DNA from: Hormiphora californensis
Lineage: Eukaryota; Animalia; Ctenophora
NCBI GenBank assembly: GCA_020137815.1
Contig: CM035353.1
Location: 3,844,001 to 3,908,000 of the forward strand
Direction of reading: 5' to 3'
DNA length: 64,000 bases
Part shown: one piece after another, positions 42,803 to 58,400 of the stretch
Layout: every line of letters begins with the position of its first letter
Numbering within the stretch: the stretch's first letter is position 1
Position numbers and translations under genes: made by a program
The notes under the pieces: model-generated
What the model was told of the DNA's origin: nothing
Databases searched by the model: none
What the model saw: the letters and a program-made list of their open reading frames with translations, nothing else

Positions 42803-43691
42803 TTAATGTCACTTGCTTCGCGATTATTTCTGTCGCGTACATCTTAGTTGGTGTCACTACAAAGAGGTCCTCCAGGGGGGTAGTGGGAAATGGGAATGAA
42901 AACTTGGCGGTACGGATGAGAAAACGAAACCAAGCACTCCAGAAAAAGATCGCAATGATAATTGGAACAGACTTTGCGTGTTGGTCCCCCTTTATTATTG
43001 TCTCTATCCTGAATGTCTGTGAGGTTGTAGACCTGTCTGCATGGTACGGATTTCTCTCCATAGTGTTCCTCCCAATCAATGGAATCATCAACCCCCTTCT
43101 TTATTCCTCCCTGTCAGGCCCGGCACAGGCCGTTATAATGAAGGCTGTAATGGATGGATACAAATCAGTGAAGCAGCTTGCCATTGGATGTTTCTTCTCT
43201 ACATCCCAGGAACCTACCGATCAAGTTGCTGCTGCTACCAATCCAACTGCTATCGAACTAGTTACTGCTATCGAGCAAGATACTGCTATCACAGCGCTGG
43301 CAAGCGCCCCGGGGCCAACCCCAGGCCAAGAAACACAACTGTGGTGAAAGTAGTGCCATTACTGTAGCAGTAGTATGCAGGAGTAGTACAGTGTAACATG
43401 ACACCCACAACAGAGAGGGGAACTGGCTGTCATCGCCCCTTTACGGGCCAGCGCTTATATACTTATTTTACAGATAGGCCCTTTTCAAGCGGCTAAAAAA
43501 CATACTTACATTACTCCTATCCAGCTCAAATTTTGTATTAAGAGTTGCCAACTAGGGAACTTTGTTGTGTAAAAATTTCACGTTCCTAGCGTTTGTACTT
43601 CACAAGTTATGAAGGGCTCAAATTTCGCACACTTAAGATATATCGATCGATATACATATAGGTATATAGATACAGATTTTTGCGTCAATCT

Positions 43692-44310
43692 TAGAAACAC
43701 GATTTCTCAAAAACGGTAAACAGTAGCTGCACAATTCCAAAAACATCTTTTAGTGCTAGTGCTTGGCCGTGTTTTAAAGCGAGATGGTATAAATTGGTCT
43801 ATTATAACAAGAGTTATGACGGTCTTAAATAATTAAGACGATTTCTAAGAAACACGATTTCTCAAAAACGGTAAACAGTAACTGCACAATTCCAAAAACA
43901 TCTTTTAGTGCTAGTGCTTGGCCGTGTTTTAAAGCGAGATGGCGTAAATTGGTCTATTATAACAAGAGTTATGACGGTCTTAAATAATTAAGACGATTTC
44001 TAAGAAACACGATTTCTCAAAAACGGTAAACAGTAACTGCACAATTCCAAAGACATCTTTTAGTGCTAGTGCTTGGCCGTGTTTTAAAGCGAGATGGTAT
44101 AAATTGGTCTATTATAACAAGAGTTATGACGGTCTTAAATAATTAAGACGATTTCTAAGAAACACGATTTCTCAAAAACGGTAAACAGTAACTGCACAAT
44201 TCCAAAAATATCTTTTAGTGCTAGCGCTTGGCCGTGTTTTAAAGCGAGATGGTGTAAATTGGTCAATCATAACAAGAGTTATGACGGTCTTAAAATTTAG
44301 GACGATTTTC
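43692..44310. repeat. 155-bp tandem repeat (~4 copies) inside a larger element spanning about 43410-44752
   Basis: atttctaagaaacacgatttctcaaaaacgg at 43841, 43996 and 44151; the element ends in a ~125-bp inverted duplication (44410-44534/44628-44752). Confidence 0.9.
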
Positions 44311-45512
44311 AATATATGTATATCGCGAGTGTCTACCGATTTTAGATAAACTTTAGGCCGACTCAATTTGGTCGAGAAATGAATCTGTGGTAAAACCAAA
44401 ACACATGATACTTGAACCAAAACCAAACACGTTTGGTGGATTTCCCGGGGCAACAGAACGTGAAAATATTTTATATCGAAAATAAATGATATGGAGACGC
44501 CCGGGGGCCGGGGTGCTGTCAAGTCCGCTATTCACAAACTGTCCAATCACTTCTTAATGAAAGAAAACAATTAAAAGTTGTCTCGTTGCATAAAACACCT
44601 GAGTTTTCCAAACTGTGGCCATTCATATGAACAGTGGACTTGACAGCACCCCGGCCCCCGGGCGTCTCCATATCATTTATTTTCGATATAAAATATTTTC
44701 ACGTTCTGTTGCCCCGGGAAATCCACCAAACGTGTTTGGTTTTGGTTCAAGTCGAGCAAGATACTGCTATCGAACTAGATACTCCTGCTACTTCCGAGTT
44801 AAACTAGTGCTGTATTTTTGTGCTTATTTATCTATTATTTTTGGATGCTGGAACAGTTTCAACCAAAACCGATTTTGTTATTCGTCGTCCTGTTTTTCAG
44901 TCTCTAAAGTCCTTCTGCTAATAGCAGACTGCTATTGTGTCGAATGACTATAATTGACTACCCATGTTTTCTTATTCCAGGATTATGTCCAGATTTATTC
45001 CGATTTCCCAGGAATGGCGCCTCCGTGTTGAAGATTAATTGTGCCCTCGCGGCAGCCCATACAATCTCATTGGGCACGGTATAATTTTAGGAGCTCGTGT
45101 TGGGATCCCGAACTCCAATCATTGAGCCGCCCTACTGTGTATCGGCAGAGATCAGATCTGCAGGTTATCTTTTGGTCCGGGTGAAAGACTGTTGCAAGTC
45201 TTCGAGGATTTCTCTCTCTCTCTCTCTATCTCTCTCCCGATTCCCCAAACTTAGCAAGTGACTATACATTAGTACGACCAGCTCTCTTGTCCCGTGTCAT
45301 GGAAACCATCCAGTGGGGGGCGCTGACAATATTGCTTAAAATAATCATGCGCACACGGAAGGGATAAGATCGTGCGCACATTCACAAGCAGGTGTCATGA
45401 CACCTGCTGAATTGACATGTCAATTCGTCATCGCGTGTTACCTCATTGGTCACATGGTCATTGGTAGTGGATAGTATCCACTACCAATCCACTGGATACT
45501 GGATAGTTGTTA

Positions 45513-46016
<504 letters not shown>

Positions 46017-46099
46017 CCAGAAACGACAAGCACTTCAAACGGTTCGCACGACGTTTAAAAGCACACGTCTTAACCTCCCTTCATATCTTTGCTTTAGAA

Positions 46100-47620
<1,521 letters not shown>

Positions 47621-48599
47621 GTAGGTCAGATGAAATCATGCAGCAATCAAATTATAGCACAGCTGAACCAAAAAAGTTACAATAGTTCTGACAGCTATCT
47701 GAATTAAAAATTCAAAAATTCAAATTTAAAATTATGAAATTATAAAGATCCTTGCCTTAGAAATCTTACACTAATTCACAGTTTTTAAAACGCTTTAAAC
47801 CGATGTTGTTTCTCTCATCCTGTTATCCATTCTCCAAGTAATGTTCATAATGATAAGGAGACTGGAGGGAGAATCTGAGTAAATAAGATATGAGAAAACA
47901 GTCGTGCCTGAACCTCAGGTTTAGGCCATGGTTATTTTCCACTGAGACCTGAGAACACATGACATTATATCCTGAATTTCAATATGTTTTTGTTTGTATT
48001 GTTTGGTGGTACAAGTGTATATTGTTTAGTGACGTCTGTGTATATTGATGCAGCCATGTATTGTTTATAAGTGACGTCAGTCGGAAACCCTGCAGAGCTA
48101 AGTGTTTCTCGCTCATTACCACCCCCCCCTCCTTAAAACACAATGTAGCATTCATAGAAGTTGTTCGAAAAGGAAATGATGGTTAATCGGTCCCCGCACA
48201 CAAATCGATCTCTTCCCGGCCACCATTTGTATGAATGCCTGTTTTGTTCCGGGGAGCGGGGGGAAACAGGCCGGTCGAGCAAGCTGCAGACCAATGCTTC
48301 ATTGTGCCGGGTTAAAACGCATATTAGCATAGTACCCAGGCGGGTCGAATGTTCACGTTCATTTAGCTCATGGTTGTCATGAGAACCATTAACGCTTGTG
48401 TTCACGTGCGCTTTTCAATATATAGAGCGAGACCATTATACGACTGGTATATTCTATTCGTTCAGCTGGTATCTTATACCAGCTGAACGAATAGAGTAGA
48501 ACTAGAACATAAAATGGAGAGCTGAACGAGAGCCGGAAATGTGGAAAGCTTTTTTTCAAGTTTTCTTTTATATTGTGAAAAGTATTTTTCTTTGTGTCA

Positions 48600-49183
48600 G
48601 GCTATAAGCATACTGATCGTGATGATCATAATCAGGTCAGTGTGCGGAGATTTTGATGGTCACCATCAAAGAAGCGCACACACTGATGGTTATCATCATG
48701 ATGGAGGCTTGATGCATCATGATGTTCTCAAACCATAGTGTGTTCACGTTTGATCATCATAAACCATAGTGTGCGCACGTTTGATCATCATAAACCATGC
48801 TCAACTTGCCTTTTGATCATGATCATCATGACCAGTGTGCTCAGCATGATGATGCTATCTCCCCCTTGCCTAGTCGCGCGCTCTGAGAGGCTGTTGCATA
48901 TCACGTGACCTGTACAACAGCCTCTCAGTGCGCGCGATTCGTACCACGTGGTACATATCACATGACTACAGTGCAGCCCTCCATAAGAATAAGATCAGAA
49001 CGTGCGCACACTAGGTGTTGATGATCATCATCCAACTTAAGAGACGGCTCCGGGGCCAGCTCTTACGTGATGATCATAATGTTCCGCACACTGCAGTTTT
49101 TTGCAGATGATGATGATCAAAACCATGAGCACACTTCATCTTTTTAACTGATTATGATCATCACGATCAGTATGCTTATAGCC
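48600..49183. mobile_element. 584-bp Harbinger-like MITE
   Basis: ggctataagcatactgatcgtgatgatcataatcag / ctgattatgatcatcacgatcagtatgcttatagcc TIRs; flanks tca/tta. Confidence 0.75.
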
Positions 49184-49286
49184 TTACGGCTTCTGCAATT
49201 GCACTTGTCGATATCCCTACTTATAATATTGTACATACAGTATACTGTCAAACTGTTCAATTTCATCTTTCAAGAGAACTAGAAAG

Positions 49287-49422
49287 CTTTCGTTTTTCTG
49301 AAACTGTCAATCATATAATTCTACAAAAGCCATTAAAATTAATTTCAATAACGGCCGTTATTGAAATTAATTTTAATGGCTTTTGTAGAATTATATGATT
49401 GACAGTTTCAGAAAAACGAAAG
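49287..49422. repeat. Perfect 136-bp palindrome with no spacer
   Basis: ctttcgtttttctgaaactg...aataacgg|ccgttatt...cagtttcagaaaaacgaaag. Confidence 0.95.
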
Positions 49423-49440
49423 AACTATAATTCTTCCAGA

Positions 49441-52400
49441 ATGTTAATTGTTTTACTGTGTTGGGTTATGCACCTAACCATGGTGGTGGAAGGTTATGAA
49501 AGCTACCATTACCTGTCTTATTACTACATAGCGGAGCTAGACACCACCCTGAATTCTTCTTCAACCTTCTGCATGGAAGTTGCCTTCATGGAGGGCGATG
49601 TGAGTTTTATATTAATACTAGCGCACCCATTGGGTGCGCCACAAGTAATAGTTTTTTTAATAACCCACCCGGCTTCGCCGGGTGGTTCTTTTCGCCCTTT
49701 CAACGTCAATAACACGGTTGCCAAGGCAACTGAATTGGTAACTATGGGGACTGCCCTGTTAAAAGTCATTCGAAAATATCAACAAACTTCCACTGGAAGT
49801 TCAAAAAGTTTGAGCAACAGCTTTACAGCTTTGGGCACATAAAGTGTTTTATGAAGGAGCAGCCTGTCGCGTAGATACCGCTGAACGAACGACCACCACT
49901 TCGACGCGACATCTCCAAATTATAATAGAGATATTATTACAATTTGAAAGCTTATTCGATAAATCTTAACAGTTTTCACTAACGCTAGGTTTCATTTTGG
50001 CAATTATAATGTCATCTTAATTTATCGTCAGGATCTGTCTCGAAACCACTCTGGGATCCATGCAGTGATTTATTAAACTTACTTCTTTATAAGGGAGATA
50101 ACTTTCACATCTACTGGACCAACACCCCCCTCAATGGATCTCACAAAGTACAAAAGGATACCAAAACGGAATACTTCAACAGTTGCCCCGCGGACACAAA
50201 ACTATGGTACATCCGCTGTTCTTCCAGTGACAATAAGATCCAACTGTATTGCGGTGACATCCTTGTTTTGGAGCGTGGTATAGATTGGCCCCAAGGAGCA
50301 GAGGGTAGTGAGTTAGAGATCATCTTTAAAGATGCGACAAACCCAGAAAATGAGGATTCAAATGGTAGATATTGGTCCTGGAATAAGTACTGTAAGTACG
50401 GGTTTATATGTTGGGTTTAGATCTATTCGGGGCCTGGCAAGGCCCCCCGACCCGAACATAACCCAATCTCAACCCATCCCCCCTAAAACAACGGGGCCGA
50501 GCCGACAGGCCCTCTATAACAGATGCCAAAAAACCATAACCATAACCATAACCATAACCATAACCATAACCATAACCATAACCATAACCATAACCATAAC
50601 CATAACCATAACCCTAACCATAACCATAGATATTTTTAGAGTGAAAGTTTTGAAGCTCCCTGAAGTAGTAGAGAGGTGTTCTATGGCTCGTTGGAAAGGT
50701 CTCGAGGTCCCGCGTGGGGGTGTGGCGATGGCCATACCCAAACCTATAAGGGATAGGACGCGAAAAACAGTCAAAATAATTATTTCACCTTTCTACTGCT
50801 TCTAATTGCCGAGTTCAGCATACCCCTTAAGGGGTATGCTGAACTCGGCAATTAGAAGCAGTAGAAAGGTGTTCTAGGGTGCGTTCGAAAGCTCTCGAGG
50901 TACTGAAGTAATTGGAATGTAATTGGAAGTAATGACATGTAATTAAAATGTAATTACATGTAATTAAAGGGTAATTACATGTAATCAAAAGGTCTAAATG
51001 ACCCCAAATGACAATTTAGACATATTTTGACATATTTGGAGGCCCTGAGACCAGCGGGTGGCCAAATTTAATCAGGTTTCGGGTCGGCTGACGTAAAAAC
51101 TCCGCGTTTTGGTCGAGATATATACATACACGTAAACAGCTCGTTTAGCAGAGTGATATTAAGATATTATTTCATTCCAATTTGTAGATGATGTAGGTGT
51201 TGTAGGTGCTCTTAATTCTGTGTTATTACCCCTAACTATTTGTAGATGCTGAAAAGATCTCTGGAAGTGGTCCGGTGGAGACAGATGAAGCGTATTACCA
51301 AAACATTGCGGATAAAAACACGGCATACAGAGTCTTCTTTTTCTACTACCCCGACAGCGTTTCATCAACAACAATGCACTTGAAAAACTCCATTGACTAC
51401 GAATGGAAGTTTGATGACTCATTCATTGGCTATTTCTATTATACAATTGACCTAGAGATACGCTACGCGAATGAAGGTAAACAACTTTAGTAGTAGTTTG
51501 AATTTTTAGATTAATTCTGAATTTTATCCCACATATTATTTACAAATTCCTTCAGAGCTCAGCTTACTGGGAATGAATTTAACAGATAATCAGGATCACT
51601 TTACCATAACTACATGTAAGGAAACATGCAAAGGATCGGGAACAGGGAACTCAAGAGTGATAAAACTTAAACTAGAAACAGATACATCTTCCCTCAAGCT
51701 TTTTTGCAGCTTGACAAACACGGAGATGTGCCGAATAGAATATACAACGCCGTTTACTCAAAATGGAATAATTTTGGAGTTGTTCTCTCGAACAGAGGAT
51801 GTAGTAAAAGGCAGTCTCTACTTTGCACATAGTAAGGAAATAAAAAATGTTATTGATAAAAACACTGATTTGGTAGTCTGTAATAGGTACAGAATTTGTT
51901 ATGTTTCCTAACCTTTCAGTTTCTGATATTTGTACAGTGGCCAATTCAATCCCAAGAACTAACGCATTCTATGGTGATGGTAAGATATATAATAAAATTT
52001 TTAATTTAAAATTTAAATAGAAACACCATGCCCCAAAAATAGTACATTTTTAATTGTAGGATTGTTTAACACAAGAATAAACAACTTTTTTCACGTGTTT
52101 TCTTGACTTACAGTGAATAATATTTTCAAATTCACAGGTCTGATCAATGATAAAATGTTGGTTAGCTCGACTACCCAGGCTGCCAAATCCTCTGCTTGGT
52201 CTGTGATTAATGGTGACTATGATGGACAAAACACATGTTCAAAGGAGGCTGACATATCAAACATCAACAATTACTTGAAGATCGATCTCTTTAGAAAGTA
52301 TACGGTGAAGCGTGTCAGCATTTTCCAGGTCTCATCAAAGCAACAATGTGAGATGTTCCAGGCGAAACGATTAAAAGGAGCTAAGGTAGATGCAGCTTAT

Positions 52401-55400
52401 AAATTCTTTTTGCAACTCGTCGACATGATCGATGATCGTAGTATATTGTACTAAGTATAACAGTCGGACCCCAATTTATCGGAAACCCCGATATGGACAA
52501 AACTCTTTCCCCTGAGGGTGCCGTTAAATCGGGTTTGGTTGTACAGAGTGTACATCAAAGTTAATGAAATATAATTTATAGATTTTCGTTGGCACTACAC
52601 TGTGTGGCACTGTATCAGAGGAGGATGCTGTGAAAACTGTGATTGAAATGGATTGTGGTACAATCGGAATCAGAGGAAGTTCAGTGTGGGTGAACCATAC
52701 ATCCATCACTATTTGTGAGATTTCTCTATACGGTAGGTAAAAATTACAAAACAAAACACGAGTAAAAAGTATGCACTTTGCTCCTCAAGTGCAGCTTTCA
52801 TTAAACCCCTGACTATTATAATGACTACCTATATTCCTACAGGCTCGCGACTTGATGATGTAGGAGATGGAATTGTTACAAACTATAATGAAACAGTGTA
52901 CCAGCTAGAGGGGAAATACGTGACACTCAACTGTAGCTTTCATAACATAAGAAGTGCTTGGTTTAACTCAACTGACCAGCGTAACATTACAGGTAATTAG
53001 GAAATGTTAACTTCAAATGTTCAATTATAAATTATCTAACAACTAGTGAGCGTCTCTATAACAGTCCGTCATACACATTTTTATTAATAATAGACAAATA
53101 TCAATCAAGTTTTATTCTAGAGAAGGGATGGTTCTTCTTATTAATCAAATGCTATTTATCGTCGTGGGTTAACCATTTATTATTAATCTCTATAACAGTC
53201 CGTCATACACATTTTTATTAATAATAGACAAATATCAATCAAGTTTTATTCTAGAGAAGGGATGGTTCTTCTTATTAATCAAATGCTATTTATCGTCGTG
53301 GGTTAACCATTTATTATTAATCTCTATAACAGTCCGTCATACACATTTTTATTAATAATAGACAAATATCAATCAAGTTTTATTCTAGAGAAGGGATGGT
53401 TCTTCTTATTAATCAAATGCTATTTATCGTCGTGGGTTAACCATTTATTATTAATAATATTAATAGTCGTGTGATTTGCACGTGAATGCTAGGTTTGAGT
53501 GAATATATAATGTACATTTAAATCCTCGCTTTTATATTCATTATCATCACTAGCAAAACTGGGGCGATCGTACCGATCGCAAATCGAGGGACCTGTTTCT
53601 ATCTTTTCCTCTCTGCCTCACTCTGTCTGTCTGTCGCTATGTATCTCTATCTCTCTATCTCTATCTCTCTATCTCTATCTTTCTGTCTCTCTCTCTCCCC
53701 CACAAAGTCCTAGTGATAGACCAGGTAGCTAAGCGAGCTACCTTGTGATGTGATCCCTCTCTTTTTCTTTCTCTCTTTCTCTCCCTTTTATGTATGTGAT
53801 GTGACCCCTCAAGTTCGCAAGCAGTTCTCAAGCACTTGTGATACGTGATACTTACGAATCACGTCGTCACACTGACGGATCACGTCGTCACACTGACGGA
53901 TCACGTCGTCACATTGACGGATCACGTCGTCACATTGACGATAGGGTGTCACATTTCCGTGCAAATTTGCATTAGATATAGTTAGATTAAGTCCAAAAAC
54001 CAATTAAATAAATTAGTTTGGATGCCCGGGGCCCATACATGGTGTCACGGGGGTAACACCTTTAGGCTACTGCCATAATTAACGGCATATCTCGTTAATT
54101 GTTAATTGTTATATCCTTCAATCTATCTCTATCTATCTCTCTCTCACTCTCTCTCTCTCTCTCTCTCACACACTATTTCTCTCTCTCTCTCTCTTTCTCT
54201 CTCACTGTTTCTTTCACTATATCTCTCTTTTTTCTCTCTCCTCTTATTTATCTCTCCGTCTTTCTTGATTATATCTCACTCTTTCTATCCTAATTTCTTT
54301 TGCCTTTATCTCTCTCGATATCCATCATTTATGACAGTAACCTAAAGGACAAAGGTGTTACCCCGTGACACCACATGGGCCCGGGCATCCAAACTAATTT
54401 ATTTAATTGGTTTTTGGACTTAATTTCTGTTATTTTTGGTGTTAAATAGAAAAAGCTATTTTTTCTGATTTCTGCATATTTTCGAACTTGAATAGTTCAT
54501 ACATAAGCGAATAACGACTAAACGGTGAGAGATACGACTTTTTGTCAGGGGGACGACCCCCCATAAATCGACTATTCTGCGCTGGAATATCTCCATGAAA
54601 ACGTTCTAGGACCAGCCGAATATTAAGAACTAGAAAGCCCATTGAACACCCCCCACCCGTCTCTATGTCCCCGCCCCCCCCCCCCTCTTACTCTTCGTCT
54701 CTCCATGTCGGGGTAAAGAGGTTGGTATTATAGTGGTAGAGCGCTCATGGTGATAAACATCAAGGGAAATTCCGCTAAATAACATGTAGAATCAGTTGAT
54801 AAAGATCCGTAGAATTGAAGCTGTGTAGAGAATCAACGGGGTACGTAGGTAGAAAGGCTTTGGTAATCATGGCGACCCCAGCAGTAGATCCCAAAACACC
54901 ACGAAACACCACAGGAACACGCAACAAACAACATGCACGTGCAGTATCCCCCCAAAACCTCCAATATCCCTCCCAGGGCACTTCCTTGGCAACCCCCTCT
55001 ATTTGCACGTGGGATACTCCATCATACTCATCACGCCACTCATTCCTACTTTATAAAATTATATTCTTAATTTTAAGAATATGCATTAAATCATGAATCG
55101 GTGCATAAATATGCAAATAACGGCTTAACAGTGCCAGATAGAGATTTTTGTCCCGAGTAAGACCCCCCATAAATCGACTATTTTGCGTCGAAATATGTCC
55201 ATGAAAACGTTCTAGGATCAGCCGAACTGGAAATATTAAGAATATGCATTAAATCATGAATCGGTGCATAAATATGCAAATAACGGCTTAACAGTGCGAG
55301 ATACGACTTTTAGTCCGGGGGACGACCCCCCCATAAATCGGCTATTTTGCGTCGAAATGAAAACGTTCTAGGACCAGCCGAAGTGAAAATATTGAAAATA

Positions 55401-58400
55401 TGCATAAAATCGTGAATAGGTGCATAAATATGCAAATAACGGCTTAACGGTGCGAGATAGAGATTTTTGTCCCGAGTAAGACCCCCCATAAATCGATGAT
55501 TCCGCGTCGAATAAGACCAGTTTCAAGATTCTATGACCTTCGAGTCATGTCATATCGCGACCATGGTTTAAATGAATATTTAATGACTAATTAATGAATA
55601 ATTAATGAACTATGGCGATTTCGAAGTTCTCACACAGCTATTACCGAGCGCAATGATGTAAGGAACCACTGTTCCAAACGGCAAGTCTCTACTTGTGGTT
55701 TAGGAGAACACTCAAAGATAAAAAAGCGTCCTCCTCCCCTCCCCTCCCCTCCCCTCCCCCTCCTTACATTTTTGCATTTTGGGACCCCTCTGGCAAATTT
55801 TTACCTTACATCCGATCGTTCTGAAAATTTGCATGCCTCTTCTCCTATATGAGGGCCCTCAGAGTACAAAATTTCAGCTCTCTACTTCATCTGGAACATG
55901 CTTTTTTAAAGCATCAAAAACCCCGAAATCTGCAATGGTATATAGTAGCACTGGTTTCACGCGCTTGTGTGTAGAAGTGTTGCGTGTGCTCTCTCTTTTG
56001 TTTTTTGAGTTAGAGGGTATTTCTCTTAGGTGGGGGCTGTGCCCCCACACCCCCGTTTATGGTGGGGGCTGTGCCCCCACACCCCCCTTTTGGGCCCGGG
56101 GCACTTGCCAGTGCTATGATTATAATTTGGAAATGTCGCTATAGCGACATTTCCAAATTATAATAGAGATTGGCTCAGTTCGTTAACTCAAATTCCTGTT
56201 TAGATTGGAAAACGTCATATGCTGCTGTTAACGTTATGACAGCAGCACTGCCAGTAAAATACACCTGTAAGCTGGAAAACAACAAACTGGAAAAGACCAT
56301 CACTGTCAGTCCTATAAAAATAACAGACTGTAAGTTGCATAGCATAAGCAAGAGTTGGTTTAATAGTTAGCCCTCAAACTAGGCGCTGACCTTAATCTCA
56401 CAAAGCTATAACAGCCGCTTCGGAAACATTTTTATACTAACACTGTTATTGAATGATAACACCCCCAAAAAGTAAATCAGATAATTAAAGAAATAATAAA
56501 ACAATAATAAAACAATTAAAGAAATAATAAAACAAACATTTGGCTACTAAAATCAAAGTCCAACTATAAAATTATTATAGGTTACTGAAACTTTTGGATG
56601 AAATAACTTTTTATTTTAGTTACAGCGGTTCTTGAAAATCGAGGAGGAACAGTGGACTGCGTGGTTGAGAAATGGACACCAAAGGGCGGAAATAAATCCG
56701 TTTATCTTTGTCCCGATCACCTGTCAACATACGAGTACAGTTCTCTTGGTAGCTTGTGCATCTTTGATAGACCCTGTAACAGTTCCTCTCTCAACTACCA
56801 AGCGTGCGGGTGCAGCCATATTGATATCACCATGGTCGACACCATCAATCAGGTGAAAACTTTTTGTACTAGTAAATAAATAAGTATTAGTTAATACTTA
56901 TTTATCAATTAACTTCTATGCAGTGACTGTGAATTTTAATAAATAGGAAAGGTTGTAGAGTCTACACACTATATGTATGTGTCGCGGTTTGACAGCCATA
57001 TATATATAGTTTGACCCGCGGCTGTATTTTGAATAGCGGGGGAAACAGCCGTGCCTGAACCCGAGGTTCAAGCCAAGGTTATTTTTCATTGAGACCTGAG
57101 ATCTTAGGTTTCAATGACGGCTATTTCCTTAAATCTCAGGGAATAGCCGTCACTGAAACCTGAGATCTTAGGTCTCAGTTGAAAATAGCCGTGGCCTGTA
57201 TCTGAGGTTCAGGTACGACTGTTTTCCCCCACAGCACGCAAGATAAAACTCCTTAAATCCTGTAGTAGGCCAGTTTCGACCACCGTGAAATATATCAAGC
57301 ATAGACATTTTGAATTGTACATAATCTCAGCTTTCCAATGCGCCCACGCTCATGCTTCAACTCCATCAGGATCAGGTGGAAGACCAAGATGACCAAGAAG
57401 ATGACCAAGATGACCAAGATGACCAAGATGACCAAGATGACCAAGATGACCAAGATGACCAAGATGACCAAGAAGATGACCAAGATGACCAAGATGACCA
57501 AGAAGACCAAGAAGATGACCAAGAAGATGAAGGATCAGATGTGTTCAATATAGAGACACTATTCTGTATCTATAAAGGTGGCGCTGGAAGATACCTAGCT
57601 GTTTATACTGAGCTCATGTGTCAAAGTCAGGTATTTATACCGGATAGAGTACAACTTACAGTATCCCTTGCAGTATCCCTCTATTAGCAGTCCATATACA
57701 TTTGCTGTTTTCAAATTTGTGATCTATATTCCCCTTTCAGAGTTTTTGTGAAGCCGGTGGAACGGTATGCAATACTACAGCTGGTAATGTCACGAGTGAA
57801 GATGACGGAGAACCTTCTACAGATTTATCTACTAAGAAGTGTATTGGAAGTACGAAACTCTTGGCGAAAGGCTTGGATTGTAATCGACAATTGGATTGTG
57901 ACAAATCCTTTGTCCTGAATATGACGAGTAACAAGCAATACTTCAAGTTTGAGGACGAATACAGTTGTGGGAGTGAAGACCAAAACTTCCCTTCCGGGGG
58001 TGCTACCGGAGTGAATTGCAGCCGAACGTAAGTGTAGTGTACTAAACTTTCTCAAACTACACTGCTATTTGGTAACATAGACACCTGGCGGCGCCAGTGG
58101 CGGGGGTCGCGCCAGGTGTCTATGTTACCAACACTGCTATAGTACCAGTGTAGTAAGTAGTGTACTAAACTTTCTCACTAACAGTGCAGTAACACTACTG
58201 TGTAGTATGTATAGTTATAATCATGATAATTTAGTAACAGCACCGTTTTTGTGAAAGGTGCCGGGACTTGTCACAGCTAGTAATAAAATGAAATCTTTTC
58301 AGGACATCAGCATCAACGGAGAATATTTGGGTGCCACCTCTTTATTTGTGTGATGGCCATAACATGTGTTCAGGGTCGGAAGATGAGGCTTCGTACTGTG

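Larger units (their letters stand above)
34878..43347 (+). pseudogene. LDLa-repeat 7TM GPCR, frameshifted and interrupted in TM5 by a fold-back transposon
   Basis: LDLa repeats ([42 protein letters not shown]), TM2 IALSDL, FYGNDGVCLFKF, TM6 IIGTDFACWSP, TM7 PINGIINPLLY. Core 38760-43347 is secure; upstream exons 34878-34947 (signal peptide), 35890-35991 and 37547-37806 are tentative. Confidence 0.8.

Noticed and set aside
41496-42806. Kolobok-like insertion acting as a perfect intron (GT at 41502, CAG ending at 42794)
   Set aside because: Splicing at those sites leaves 14 extra nt, a frameshift
50533-50628. (ACCATA)n as a telomere
   Set aside because: Short, intronic, inside a dispersed element and not TTAGGG
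57295-57687. D/Q-rich or KMT-repeat ORFs
   Set aside because: Translations of an intronic 9-bp repeat fused to a MITE fragment
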